Assembly (NCBI GenBank): GCA_963666835.2
Contig: CAXXGO010000007.1
Span: 40,511-104,510 of the forward strand
Origin: Phycisphaerae bacterium
GTDB taxonomy: Bacteria > Planctomycetota > Phycisphaerae > UBA1845
Direction: 5' to 3'
Length of the DNA: 64,000 bases
The position numbers and the translations under genes were made by a program. The notes under the pieces are model-generated. The model made no database searches, was not told the DNA's origin, and worked only from the letters and a program-made list of their open reading frames with translations. Shown piece by piece: positions 19,966 through 29,355 of the stretch (position 1 is its first letter; every line of letters starts with the position of its first letter).

Positions 19966-21117
19966 ATGCGACAGGTCACGATGCTTGACCTCCACGCGGA
20001 GTACAAGCTGTTTGCCGATGAAATCCGTACGGTGGTAAGCGCCGTATTGGACAGCCAGCAGTTCGTTAACGGTCCCGCCGTCGCGGAACTGGAGGCCGAC
20101 CTGAGCGCCCGTGTCGGAGTGCCTCACGCGGTCGGAGTCAGCAGCGGTACGGATGCCCTGCTGTGCGCTTTGATGTCTCTGGGCATCGGACCGGGGGACG
20201 AGGTCATCCTCCCGGCGTTCACGTTTTTCGCCACGGCCGGGTCCGTCGCCCGAGTGGGAGCTACTCCCGTCTTTGTCGACATCGACGCGCGCACGTTCAA
20301 TCTCGATCCTGCCGAGGTGGAAGCCGCGGTTACGGACAAAACCCGGGCGATACTCGTTGTCCATCTCTTCGGCCAGTGTGCCGACATGGATCCTATTAAC
20401 GAGATCGCGCGCCGCGGGTCTATTGCGGTGATCGAAGACGCCGCTCAGGCGTTGGGCGCTGCTTACCGGGACCGGCCGGCGTGCAGTTTGGGTGATCTGG
20501 CTTGCGTGTCGTTCTATCCGACCAAGAACCTCGGCGGGTTCGGTGAAGGCGGGATGGTCTTCGTCCGCGACGACGCCCTGGCCGCTACGGTTCGGCAGAC
20601 TCGCGTCCACGGCGAGTCGCAGCGCTATGTACACGAGCGGGTCGGCGGCAACTTCCGGCTGGATACGATGAAGGCCGCCATTTTGCGGGTCAAGCTTGGC
20701 CGGTTTGACGAGTTTACCCGGCGGCGGCGGGCTAACGCAGCGCGTTATAACGAGCTTCTGGCCGATGCCGGGGTCAAGACGCCTTTCGTCGCCGAGGGCC
20801 AGCAGCCGGTTTACCATCAGTATTCGATTCTCTGCCACCGGCGGGACGAGCTCCGCAAGCATCTTAACGAGCGCGGAGTGCAGAGCGGCATCTATTACGA
20901 AGTGCCGCTCCATTTGCAGAAGTGCTTTGCCGATCTGGGCTATAAGCCGGGGTCGTTGCCGGTTACGGAAGATACGTGCAAGCATATTCTGTCATTGCCG
21001 TGTCATCCGATGCTCTCGGACGATGATCTGGAATACGTCGCCGCGGGCATACACGAGGTGTGTACGGGATCGTCGAAAGCGTGCTCGGCCGGGGGAGCCC
21101 CGACCGCCACGAAGTGA
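19966..21117 (+). CDS. DegT/DnrJ/EryC1/StrS sugar aminotransferase
   Basis: SSGTDAL, IEDAAQA and [15 protein letters not shown] motifs. Confidence 0.93.
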   Translation: MRQVTMLDLHAEYKLFADEIRTVVSAVLDSQQFVNGPAVAELEADLSARVGVPHAVGVSSGTDALLCALMSLGIGPGDEVILPAFTFFATAGSVARVGATPVFVDIDARTFNLDPAEVEAAVTDKTRAILVVHLFGQCADMDPINEIARRGSIAVIEDAAQALGAAYRDRPACSLGDLACVSFYPTKNLGGFGEGGMVFVRDDALAATVRQTRVHGESQRYVHERVGGNFRLDTMKAAILRVKLGRFDEFTRRRRANAARYNELLADAGVKTPFVAEGQQPVYHQYSILCHRRDELRKHLNERGVQSGIYYEVPLHLQKCFADLGYKPGSLPVTEDTCKHILSLPCHPMLSDDDLEYVAAGIHEVCTGSSKACSAGGAPTATK

Positions 21118-21154
21118 TTGTCCGGAGTGTTTCGCGGCAAGGTGGAGTTACGTT

Positions 21155-22099
21155 ATGCGCACTGTCGTAACCGGCGGGGCCGGGTTCCTGGGCAGCCATC
21201 TTTGCGACCGCCTGCTGGCCGACGGGCACGAGGTCATCGCCCTCGACAATCTGTTCACCGGATCGAAGCAGAACGTCGCCCATCTGGCCAACCGGCCCGG
21301 TTTCGAGTTTATTCGGCACGACGTGGTCAATCCGATCTTGCTGGAGGTGGATTGGATCTTCAATCTCGCCTGCCCGGCCTCACCCGTGCATTATCAACAT
21401 AACCCCGTCAAAACGGTGAAAACCTCGGTGATGGGGACCTTGAACATGCTCGGGCTGGCGAAGCGTGTCAAAGCCCGAATCCTGCAGGCCTCTACCAGCG
21501 AAGTGTACGGCGACCCTCACGAGCATCCGCAGAAGGAGTCTTATTGGGGTAACGTCAACACGATCGGCCCGCGAAGCTGTTACGACGAGGGCAAACGCGT
21601 CGCCGAGACGTTGATGATGGACTACCACCGCCAGAACAACGTGGACATTCGGATCGTGCGGATATTCAACACGTACGGCCCGCGCATGGCCGTCGGTGAC
21701 GGGCGGGTCGTTTCCAATTTCATCGTTCAGGCGTTGCGTGGCGAGAAGCTGACCGTCTACGGCGACGGAACTCAGACGCGGTGCTTCTGTTATGTCGACG
21801 ACCTGATCGACGGGCTGGTTCGCGCTATGGCGTATGAAGGCGATGACGACCACCTGCCCATCAACATCGGCAACACCGACGAGCGCTCGATGAACGACTT
21901 GGTGACCTGCCTCGGTGAGATCCTCGGCGAACCACTAGGGATCGAACGGCAGCCGATCCCGGTCAACGACCCGGTCCGCCGGCGCCCCGATTGCACGCGG
22001 GCGCAGCAGGTTCTCGGCTGGCATCCGCAGGTCACGCTGACGGAAGGCCTGCGCCGCACCGTCGATTACTTCCGCTCCCAGATGGCGCCGCCGCCGTAG
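21155..22099 (+). CDS. UDP-glucuronate decarboxylase (UXS-like SDR)
   Basis: [19 protein letters not shown] and YDEGKR motifs; likely ATG at 21155. Confidence 0.92.
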   Translation: MRTVVTGGAGFLGSHLCDRLLADGHEVIALDNLFTGSKQNVAHLANRPGFEFIRHDVVNPILLEVDWIFNLACPASPVHYQHNPVKTVKTSVMGTLNMLGLAKRVKARILQASTSEVYGDPHEHPQKESYWGNVNTIGPRSCYDEGKRVAETLMMDYHRQNNVDIRIVRIFNTYGPRMAVGDGRVVSNFIVQALRGEKLTVYGDGTQTRCFCYVDDLIDGLVRAMAYEGDDDHLPINIGNTDERSMNDLVTCLGEILGEPLGIERQPIPVNDPVRRRPDCTRAQQVLGWHPQVTLTEGLRRTVDYFRSQMAPPP

Positions 22100-22143
22100 T
22101 GCCCGCTTGCCGGCCTGTTTGCAATATTAGGGTGTCACCTTCT

Positions 22144-22650
22144 GTAGGGCAGGTCGAGGTACGAGACCTGCCGCTGTTTTAGCGTAATGTGCGCGGGTGC
22201 CCCGTCGCTTTAGCGGTGGGGGACTCGCGCGTTACATGCCACGGGTCAACAAGTTGACCCATGCCACCCATCTGGCACCCCCGGTAGGGCAGGTCGAGGT
22301 ACGAGACCTGCCGCTGTTTTAGCGTAATGTGCGCGGGTGCCCCATCGCTTCAGCGGTGGGGGACTCGCGCGTTACATGCCACGGGTCAACAAGTTGACCC
22401 ATGCCACCCGGCTGTCACCCCCGGTAGGGCAGGTCGAGGTACGAGACCTGCCGCTGTTTTAGCGTAATGTGCGCGGGTGCCCCATCGCTTCAGCGGTGGG
22501 GGACTCGCGCGTTACATGCCACGGGTCAACAAGTTGGCCCATGCCACCCATCTGGCACACCCGGTAGGGCAGGTCGAGGTACGAGACCTGCCGCCGTCTT
22601 CGCGCGATGTGCGCCGTTGTGGCAGGTCTCGTGCCTCGACCGTGCCCTAC
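22144..22650. repeat. Tandem 140-bp BIME-like REP mosaic (3 full units, a 4th REP and a convergent REP)
   Basis: REP-A starts at 22144, 22284, 22424 and 22564 (period 140) with near-identical linkers; inverted REP at 22621-22650. Confidence 0.9.
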
Positions 22651-22683
22651 GAGCTCTTCGCGCTATGCGCGTCTTTTGAACTC

Positions 22684-22890
22684 ACGCCAACGGCGTTTAA
22701 CAGCAAAGCCCAGGGTAAACGAAGCGGCGCAGCCGCGCAGCGCCACCCTGGGGCACGGCGCCCCTTTCCACACCAACCCCGAAGCGGGTTGAACAACGGC
22801 GCAACCCCTGTCGGGGTTGATCCTCGATGTCACCGTAATCCCAGGGTAGCCGCTGCGCAGCAACCCTGGGCTATAGGACGTAACGCCTAC
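22684..22890. repeat. Multi-hairpin palindromic repeat whose right arm is interrupted by the DUF1670 element (arm resumes at 24804)
   Basis: Left arm ACGCCaacGGCGT...AGCCCAGGGT mirrors right arm ACCCTGGGCT...ACGCCtac|GGCGT; related sequence at ~31895-31950. Confidence 0.7.
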
Positions 22891-22953
22891 CTTCCTGACA
22901 TATGTCCACCCGGGTACCTTGGTAACGGACTTCGGGACTTGGGAGGACTACGC

Positions 22954-23805
22954 ATGGGGCTGCGGAACAAGAAGAAGGAGAGGCTTGAGCGTCTTGACTC
23001 GAAGACACTGGATGCCAAGTTTTTGCACGAAATCAAGCACGGACTCCATTGTTCGCCATTCGAGGCCGAGGCGGTTCTCGATGTGGTCAAGGAAGTTTAC
23101 TTCCCGTACCTCGATGAACACGCCGGCAAGGCCCCACCTGGCAAGATTGGCTTGGTCGTCGTCGACGCCGACGAGCCTGCCGGGAAACCCGTCTGCGAAT
23201 GCCAGAAGCAGAACGTGTGCCTGACAATCCACCGAGGTGCAGAGGATGATCGACTTCTGGAGGAGGAGGGGCCGGTCGGCTTTCGACAAGCCCGCATCCC
23301 ACCGCTTTGCCAAGAAGCCCTGAGTCAAGGTGGGCTGCTCACGCGCGAAGATCTGGCCTACCGGATGTTCTTTGTTACGCCACGAACCATTACGCGCGAT
23401 TTGAACGCTCTCCGGAGTGCGTATCCCGGGGTGCTTATTCCTCTGCGAGGAATCGTACACGATCTTGGTCCCGTGTTGACTCATCGCAGCCAAATCGTGC
23501 GTTTGGCTCTGGAGGGAAAGACGACCTCACAGATCTGCACCATGCTTCGCCATTCACCGGCGGCTGTAGCGAACTACGTCTCGACATTCACCCGTTGTGC
23601 GCAGTTGGCAAAGAAAGGTATGCAGGTCGGGCAAATCGCCTTCCTTCTGCGGAGAGGCAAGCGGTTGGTACAACAGTACCTTGATCTCCTCGACGAATGC
23701 GCGGTCGACAAGAACATGGGCTATCACCTGGAAGAACTGATGCGCCTGGGTTGTTGTGGCGGGGGGAAAAAGGGACACGGTGAAGAGGGAAGATCCGATG
23801 GGTAA
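22954..23805 (+). CDS. DUF1670-like protein A (283 aa)
   Basis: ATG after GGAGGA; QGGLLTREDLA, PLRGIVHDLG, THR and HSPAAVANY motifs; the ORF-track extension to 22477 runs through repeats. Confidence 0.82.
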   Translation: MGLRNKKKERLERLDSKTLDAKFLHEIKHGLHCSPFEAEAVLDVVKEVYFPYLDEHAGKAPPGKIGLVVVDADEPAGKPVCECQKQNVCLTIHRGAEDDRLLEEEGPVGFRQARIPPLCQEALSQGGLLTREDLAYRMFFVTPRTITRDLNALRSAYPGVLIPLRGIVHDLGPVLTHRSQIVRLALEGKTTSQICTMLRHSPAAVANYVSTFTRCAQLAKKGMQVGQIAFLLRRGKRLVQQYLDLLDECAVDKNMGYHLEELMRLGCCGGGKKGHGEEGRSDG

Positions 23806-24571
23806 GCCGCGAGACACCAACAGCAGAAGATACAGTCCCCTGCAGGCGAAAACGCTGAGAAACGTGTTGGCTCACCGCATCGAAACGGAGTTTCCACGCA
23901 TAGGCGGCCCACGGATTCGCAACCTGTGCGCAGAGATGATCCTTGAGGTCATCGGTGCCCACGTTCTCCCGAAGGAGCATATCCAACATGGTCAGATACT
24001 CTGGATGGCGATCAGCAGCGCAGATCCCCCGAGTCAGCGTCGACGGATTGAGGATACCGATCTGCTTCCGGTGGTCTTGGACGTGAGTACCTTCGAGGAT
24101 ATCGAGATGCGTTTGCAGAAGAAGGGACGTGGAGAGTTGCTCTTACAAAAGAGCTTGAGGTTATGCCGGCAGGCGTACGAACAAGGGGGCGTTCTGTCCA
24201 ACTCTGATCTCTCGGAGTTGTTAGCAGTCAATGCGTCGGACGTCTCGCGATTGTTGGCGGCGTACGAACGCGAGACCGGTCAGATCGTCCCACGTCGCGC
24301 TACTGTCCACGATGTCGGCACAGGGCTTACGCACAAACGGATCATCTGTTTCAAACATTACGCAGAAGGCAAAGCGGCTAACGAAGTGGCTCGGGAAACG
24401 TACCACAGCCTTGAGGCTGTGGATCGTTACCTGGGCCAGTACGATCGCGTCCGCCACTGCCATCTTCAGGGGCTGACGGCAAAGGAGACAGCCCATGCTT
24501 TAGGTTGCAGCATCTTCCTGGTTCAGGAGTACCTGGAGATCGATCATGAGTTGGAGGGCCAGCATGCTTGA
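23798..24571 (+). CDS. DUF1670-like protein B (257 aa)
   Basis: Overlaps the stop of protein A by 8 nt; QGGVLSNSDL, PRRATVHDVG, THKRII and HSLEAVDRY motifs. Confidence 0.82.
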   Translation: MGKPRDTNSRRYSPLQAKTLRNVLAHRIETEFPRIGGPRIRNLCAEMILEVIGAHVLPKEHIQHGQILWMAISSADPPSQRRRIEDTDLLPVVLDVSTFEDIEMRLQKKGRGELLLQKSLRLCRQAYEQGGVLSNSDLSELLAVNASDVSRLLAAYERETGQIVPRRATVHDVGTGLTHKRIICFKHYAEGKAANEVARETYHSLEAVDRYLGQYDRVRHCHLQGLTAKETAHALGCSIFLVQEYLEIDHELEGQHA

Positions 24572-25118
24572 CTCGATGGCACAGCACGTCAGACTTGTGT
24601 GTGCTGGTCGAGAGGACAGGGCTCTGCTGAGGAGCACCCCGAGCGCTCGTACCAGTGCCGGGACAGGCGCGGGAGTCTGCATGCACGGCGGGCTCTCGCT
24701 CTCCCTGGCCTGTTCTGGCTCCCAAGCGACAAACCTTGGGGGTCTGGGGGCAAAGCCCCCGGTGATCGCCACACGGTCGCGGTGGACATATGTCACTATC
24801 TACGGCGTATTTGCGACCGCGGGTGCCCAGCGTTATCGGAGCAAAGGCCTGACCGGAGTGCATTCCTACACCGTGAACGGCTCTACCGCGACGCAGGCAA
24901 TCTGGCAAATCATGGGGGAAGACGGCGCCGCCCGAGGATTCGGTTGCGGCAGATTCACCGGGCCGACCGAGCTGGCCGCCCGGCAGCCATACCGGCGAAG
25001 CCCAGCCGCCAAAGAGGATTCGGCTTCGATACAAAGCCGACCGAGCCGATATCGCTGATCGGCGGATAACTCGATATTGCGACAGACCGACCCCATTTGG
25101 ATATAGTAAGAACAGCTC

Positions 25119-28100
25119 ATGAGCCAAGCAGATCTAATGCAAACCGTCACCGAACGGGTGCTGGTGTTCGACGGGGCTATGGGCACCGGTCTTCATGCCC
25201 GGGAGCTGTCGATATCGGACTATGGAGGTCACGAAGGCTGCCCGGAGGTTCTGGTTCGAACTCGCCCGGACGTCATTCTGGATATCCACAGGTCGTTTCT
25301 GGCGGTCGGCTGTGACGCGGTGCTGACAAACACCTTCGGGGCCAACCAGGTCGTTTTGATCGACTACGACCTTGCGGACCAGACCTTCGAACTCAACAAG
25401 GCGGCCGCCGAGCTGGCTTGCCGGGCGTGCCGCGACTTCGAGAGGCCGGGTCGCCCGCGGTTCGCCGTCGGTTCGATCGGGCCGGGTACGCGCCTTCCCA
25501 CGTTGGGCCAGATTACCTGGGACGAGCTGGTTCAAAGTTATCGAGAACAGACCCTGGGGCTGCTCGCAGGGGGCGTCGATGCGGTCGTTATCGAAACCTG
25601 CCAGGACATCCTCCAGGCGAAATCGGCAATCGTGGCGGCCGGTGACGCCATGACCGAACAGAACCGCGAGGTGCCGATCTTCTGCACCGTTACGATCCAG
25701 CCGACCGGGACAATGCTGGTCGGAACGGATCTCGCCGCGGCCGTGACCACAATACAGGCATTCGACCGGGTGGCCGCAATCGGGGTGAACTGCGCGACCG
25801 GCCCGCAGGAGATGGCCGAGCACGTTCATTACCTTAGCAGTTGTTGTGCCCGCCCGCTGATCGTGCAGCCGAACGCGGGACTGCCTCAGCTTCTCGATGG
25901 TCAGCCTCACTACGATCTGACCCCCGAGGAGTTTGCGAAGTGGATGGTCGAGTTCGTCGACCGTGACGGAGTGAGTATCGTCGGCGGGTGCTGCGGGACG
26001 ACCCCGGAGCATCTTGCGGCCGTGGTCGACGCTCTCGATGGTCACCGGCCGAAAACGCGCCGGGACAAGTCAGAGCCGGCCCTGAGCAGCGTGTATCAGT
26101 CCGTTACCTTCCGGCAGGAAAACACGGTGTTGATGATCGGCGAGAGGACCAACGCCAACGGCTCGAAGAGGTTCCGTGAACTCCTGGCTGAGGACGATTT
26201 CGACGGGATGTTGCAGGTTGCTCGTCAGCAGATCGACGACGGCAGCCATCTGCTGGACGTCTGCACCGCCCAGGTAGGTCGCGACGAAGAGCGGGACATG
26301 ATCGAGCTGATCCGGCGCCTCGCCGTCGACATTACGGCGCCGTTGGTTATCGACAGCACCGAGCCCGCGGTAATCGAAGCGGCCTTGAAGCTGCTCGGCG
26401 GTAAGGCGATCATCAACTCGATCAACTTGGAGGACGGCGAGGAGAAGGCGGCGGCGGTGTGCAGGCTGGCACGTCGTTACGGGGCGGCCTTGATCGCCCT
26501 GACTATCGATGAAGCCGGGATGGCCAAGACGTGCTCGCGGAAAGTGGAGATTGCCCGGCGTCTATATGAGCTGGCCGTCAACCGTCACGGACTGCACCCG
26601 GAGGACCTTATCTTCGACCCGCTGACCTTTACCGTCGGCACGGGCAATCCTCAGGACTCCGGGCTGGCCTTGGAGACGCTGGACGCCGTTGCGGAGATCA
26701 AGAGCGTTTTGCCGAACGTCCACACTCTGTTAGGCGTCAGCAATGTCAGCTTCGGCCTCAAGCCACCGGTCCGGCGGGTGCTCAATAGCGTGTTCTTGCA
26801 TCACGCGCAGCAGCGGGGGTTGGACGCGGCGATCCTGCACCCCACGGGGATCCTTCCGCTTCATTCGATCAACGAGCATCACCGCCGGTTGGCCGAAGAT
26901 CTCATCTTCAACCGGCGGAGCGGCGAATACGACCCGCTCGCGGAGTTGCTCGAAGCTCTGGCAGATGCCCCGCAGGAAACGGCGCGGGTCATCGAGCTGC
27001 CGCCTAAGGTCGAGGACCGCCTGAGGAAACGGATTATAAGCGGCGAACGCCGGGATCTGGCGGAAGACCTGGATGAAGCGTTGGGCACGCACACCGCGGA
27101 GGACATTATCAACGACATCCTGTTCGACGGGATGAACACGGTGGGCGACCTGTTCGGGGCGGGGCAAACGCAGCTTCCCTTCGTACTCCGCTCGGCGGAG
27201 ACCATGAAGGCGGCCGTGCAGTACCTTGAACCGCACATGAGCCGCGACGCCGCGGCCGACAAAGGGACTCTGGTCCTAGCCACGGTCCGGGGCGACGTTC
27301 ACGACATCGGCAAGAACCTCGTAGACATCATCCTGACCAACAACGGCTACACCGTCCACGATCTGGGCATCAAGCAGCCTATCAGTAATATCATTAAGGC
27401 GTGCAACGAGTACGAGCCCGATGCCATTGGCATGTCAGGATTACTCGTGAAATCTACGGTAGTCATGCGCGAGAACCTGCAGACCCTCAACGAGCACGGA
27501 ATCACTACCCCGGTGATTCTGGGCGGCGCCGCCTTGACCCGCAGATTCGTCGAGCAGGATCTTAGAGCCGAATACGGCGGTCCGGTGTATTTCGCCAAAG
27601 ACGCCTTTGCCGGCCTGCGTTTGATGGATGAAATCACTACCGACCGGGCCCGAGCGTCTGCCGCGGTGGAACGCCTGCTCACTCCGATTGCCGGGGCGGT
27701 AATCGGCAACGCCCCGCCCGCGGTCTCTGAGATCTACGAAGCGGGAGGGGAACATTCGGAACACCCGGAGTACATCCCGCCTCGGTCGGACATATCGCGG
27801 GACGAGCCCGTGCCCGAGCCTCCCTTCTGGGGAGCGCGAGTTCTGGAAAACGTGCCGATCGGAGAGGTCGCCGCTCACCTCGACGAGAAGGCGCTCTTTC
27901 AGGTTCATTGGCAATACCGCAAGAACCGCAGAAGCCTACAGGAGTATGGCCGGTTCCTCGATACCGAAGTCCGCCCGATCCTTTGTGATCTGCTCGATCG
28001 ATGCGTTCGAGAGGACATTCTGAAGCTGCAGGCGGTCTACGGCTTCTGGCCCGCCCAGGCCGAGGGTGACAGCCTGGTGGTCTATGACCCGCATGACCGC

Positions 28101-28607
28101 AACGCGCGTCTTACCGAGTTCGAGTTCCCCCGCATGGGCAAGCCGCCGTACTGGTGCATCAGCGACTTCTTCAGACCGGCTGACGGCGGGGTCTTTGATG
28201 TCGTCGCGTTCATGCTGGTGACTGCAGGCCGGCGGGTCGGCGAGGTTGCGCACGATCTGCGGGCGGCCAATCGGTATCAGGATTACCTGCACCTCCACGG
28301 TCTGGGCGTAGAGATGACCGAAGCGTTGGCCGAGTATCTGCATCAGCGGATTCGCACCGAATGGGGAATCGGGGGGAACGCCCCCGAAGACCAAAGGAAG
28401 ATCGGCGTGCAATCTCGGCAGGGTTCGCGCTATAGCTTCGGTTATCCGGCTTGTCCGCGCTTGGAGGACCAAGTGAAACTCTGGCCTCTCCTCGAACCGG
28501 AACGACTCGGCGTGAGCCTCTCGGAGACGTGCCAGTTAGAGCCGGAGCAAACCGCCACCGCCCTAATCGCTCACCATCGTCAAGCGAAGTACTTCAGCGT
28601 GAGCTAG
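25119..28607 (+). CDS. metH: Cobalamin-dependent methionine synthase
   Basis: DGAMGT, GGCCGTT, IGERTNANGS, DVHDIGKN and RYSFGYPACP motifs; 1162 aa. Confidence 0.97.
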   Translation: MSQADLMQTVTERVLVFDGAMGTGLHARELSISDYGGHEGCPEVLVRTRPDVILDIHRSFLAVGCDAVLTNTFGANQVVLIDYDLADQTFELNKAAAELACRACRDFERPGRPRFAVGSIGPGTRLPTLGQITWDELVQSYREQTLGLLAGGVDAVVIETCQDILQAKSAIVAAGDAMTEQNREVPIFCTVTIQPTGTMLVGTDLAAAVTTIQAFDRVAAIGVNCATGPQEMAEHVHYLSSCCARPLIVQPNAGLPQLLDGQPHYDLTPEEFAKWMVEFVDRDGVSIVGGCCGTTPEHLAAVVDALDGHRPKTRRDKSEPALSSVYQSVTFRQENTVLMIGERTNANGSKRFRELLAEDDFDGMLQVARQQIDDGSHLLDVCTAQVGRDEERDMIELIRRLAVDITAPLVIDSTEPAVIEAALKLLGGKAIINSINLEDGEEKAAAVCRLARRYGAALIALTIDEAGMAKTCSRKVEIARRLYELAVNRHGLHPEDLIFDPLTFTVGTGNPQDSGLALETLDAVAEIKSVLPNVHTLLGVSNVSFGLKPPVRRVLNSVFLHHAQQRGLDAAILHPTGILPLHSINEHHRRLAEDLIFNRRSGEYDPLAELLEALADAPQETARVIELPPKVEDRLRKRIISGERRDLAEDLDEALGTHTAEDIINDILFDGMNTVGDLFGAGQTQLPFVLRSAETMKAAVQYLEPHMSRDAAADKGTLVLATVRGDVHDIGKNLVDIILTNNGYTVHDLGIKQPISNIIKACNEYEPDAIGMSGLLVKSTVVMRENLQTLNEHGITTPVILGGAALTRRFVEQDLRAEYGGPVYFAKDAFAGLRLMDEITTDRARASAAVERLLTPIAGAVIGNAPPAVSEIYEAGGEHSEHPEYIPPRSDISRDEPVPEPPFWGARVLENVPIGEVAAHLDEKALFQVHWQYRKNRRSLQEYGRFLDTEVRPILCDLLDRCVREDILKLQAVYGFWPAQAEGDSLVVYDPHDRNARLTEFEFPRMGKPPYWCISDFFRPADGGVFDVVAFMLVTAGRRVGEVAHDLRAANRYQDYLHLHGLGVEMTEALAEYLHQRIRTEWGIGGNAPEDQRKIGVQSRQGSRYSFGYPACPRLEDQVKLWPLLEPERLGVSLSETCQLEPEQTATALIAHHRQAKYFSVS

Positions 28608-28618
28608 AACGAGCGGGT

Positions 28619-29026
28619 GTCGGAGTAGGAATCCCGGTTGCCCGGGACCCCCTCCACAGATCCCAGCGTGCGGGACTGCCGCACTGGGCTCCTACCTTGG
28701 GCCATAACGGCCAGGTGTCGGTCGGGGTAAGGATGTAGGATCTTGGGAGCGGGTATCCACTGCTTGGCCAGACGGTTCATGCGGGCCCAGGTAATCCGAG
28801 TCTTCTCGCTACGACGCCGGAGCGTCCAGCGCCAGAGACGAACAACCTCATCCCGAAACGCCGTTAAGGCCGGGTAGTTCCGCGGCACCGCATAATACCG
28901 ATAGTACCCGAGAACCACCGCTCGCAAATACGCACCCACCTCTCGAACGGGGGCATGCAGATGTCGCCGAAGCTCTTGCTTAATCGCTTTGAGCTTCGCA
29001 CGCCGTCGTTTCGCGACAGTCTGCCG
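28619..29026 (-). mobile_element. 5'-truncated copy of the group II intron (end of maturase plus domains V/VI)
   Basis: Near-identical to 4075-4482 with scattered substitutions; same 3' end CCTACTCCGAC. Confidence 0.92.
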
Positions 29027-29277
29027 CTATCCCTACGCCATCGTCTCGTCTTGTCGAGAATCCCGTCGCGCACAAGCGGTCTGGGCTTCGCCAGTCCATG
29101 GATGGCTCGCCGCAAACGCCCGGCCGAATCGCGTTTGTCTTCCTGCGGACCGATGATTCACCTCCGGTTGCTCCCCACCCCGCCTCACGGCGACGCAGTT
29201 ACCTTCAGTTACAGGCCGGAGAACGCATGCCTGAAGGGGACTTGCACCCCTCCGATCAAGTACACTCTTAGGCGCAC
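29027..29277 (-). mobile_element. 5' end (domain I fragment) of a second, different group II intron
   Basis: Minus strand begins GTGCG at 29277, then GAGGGGTGCAAGTCCCCT and GTAACTGCGTCGCCGTGAGGCGGGGTGGGGAGCAACCGGAGG, typical of domain I; no similarity to 5640-6001. Confidence 0.75.
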
Positions 29278-29355
29278 TAATCGCATGAAAGGCTGTCTCC
29301 CGCCGGACGGTAGGATGTCCGTTCGGCGGTCGGGAGGACCAATAGGGAGACGACC

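Larger units (their letters stand above)
22887..24803 (+). mobile_element. Putative novel insertion element encoding two DUF1670-like proteins
   Basis: Perfect 15-bp IR TGACATATGTCCACC (22896-22910) / GGTGGACATATGTCA (24781-24795); direct repeat CTAC at 22887-22890 and 24800-24803; removal restores hairpin ACGCC-TAC-GGCGT. Confidence 0.85.

Noticed and set aside
22144..22600. CRISPR array or attC integron cassette array
   Set aside because: Whole 140-bp units are duplicated, with no unique spacers, cassette ORFs or integrase.
22477..22953. N-terminal extension of DUF1670 protein A in the ORF track
   Set aside because: It runs through REP repeats and across the element boundary; a good RBS and ATG lie at 22954.
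23755..23775. Programmed -1 frameshift (GGGGGGAAAAAG) fusing the two DUF1670 ORFs
   Set aside because: ORF B is in the +1 frame relative to ORF A and has its own ATG overlapping the A stop; a -1 slip would not fuse them.
24572..24780. Guide RNA for the DUF1670 element
   Set aside because: No match to the target (AACGCCTACGGCGT) or its complement was found by eye in the non-coding end.
24546..25058. Third gene of the DUF1670 element
   Set aside because: It crosses the right IR into flanking DNA and is not protein-like.
24810..25118. SAM or cobalamin riboswitch upstream of metH
   Set aside because: No recognisable consensus core (SAM-I box or B12 box) was seen.
4075..29026. Diversity-generating retroelement (RT plus near-identical repeat pair 4075-4482 / 28619-29026)
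   Set aside because: The RT has group II intron motifs and domains V/VI; the repeat is the intron's own 3' end, and the differences are not adenine-specific.
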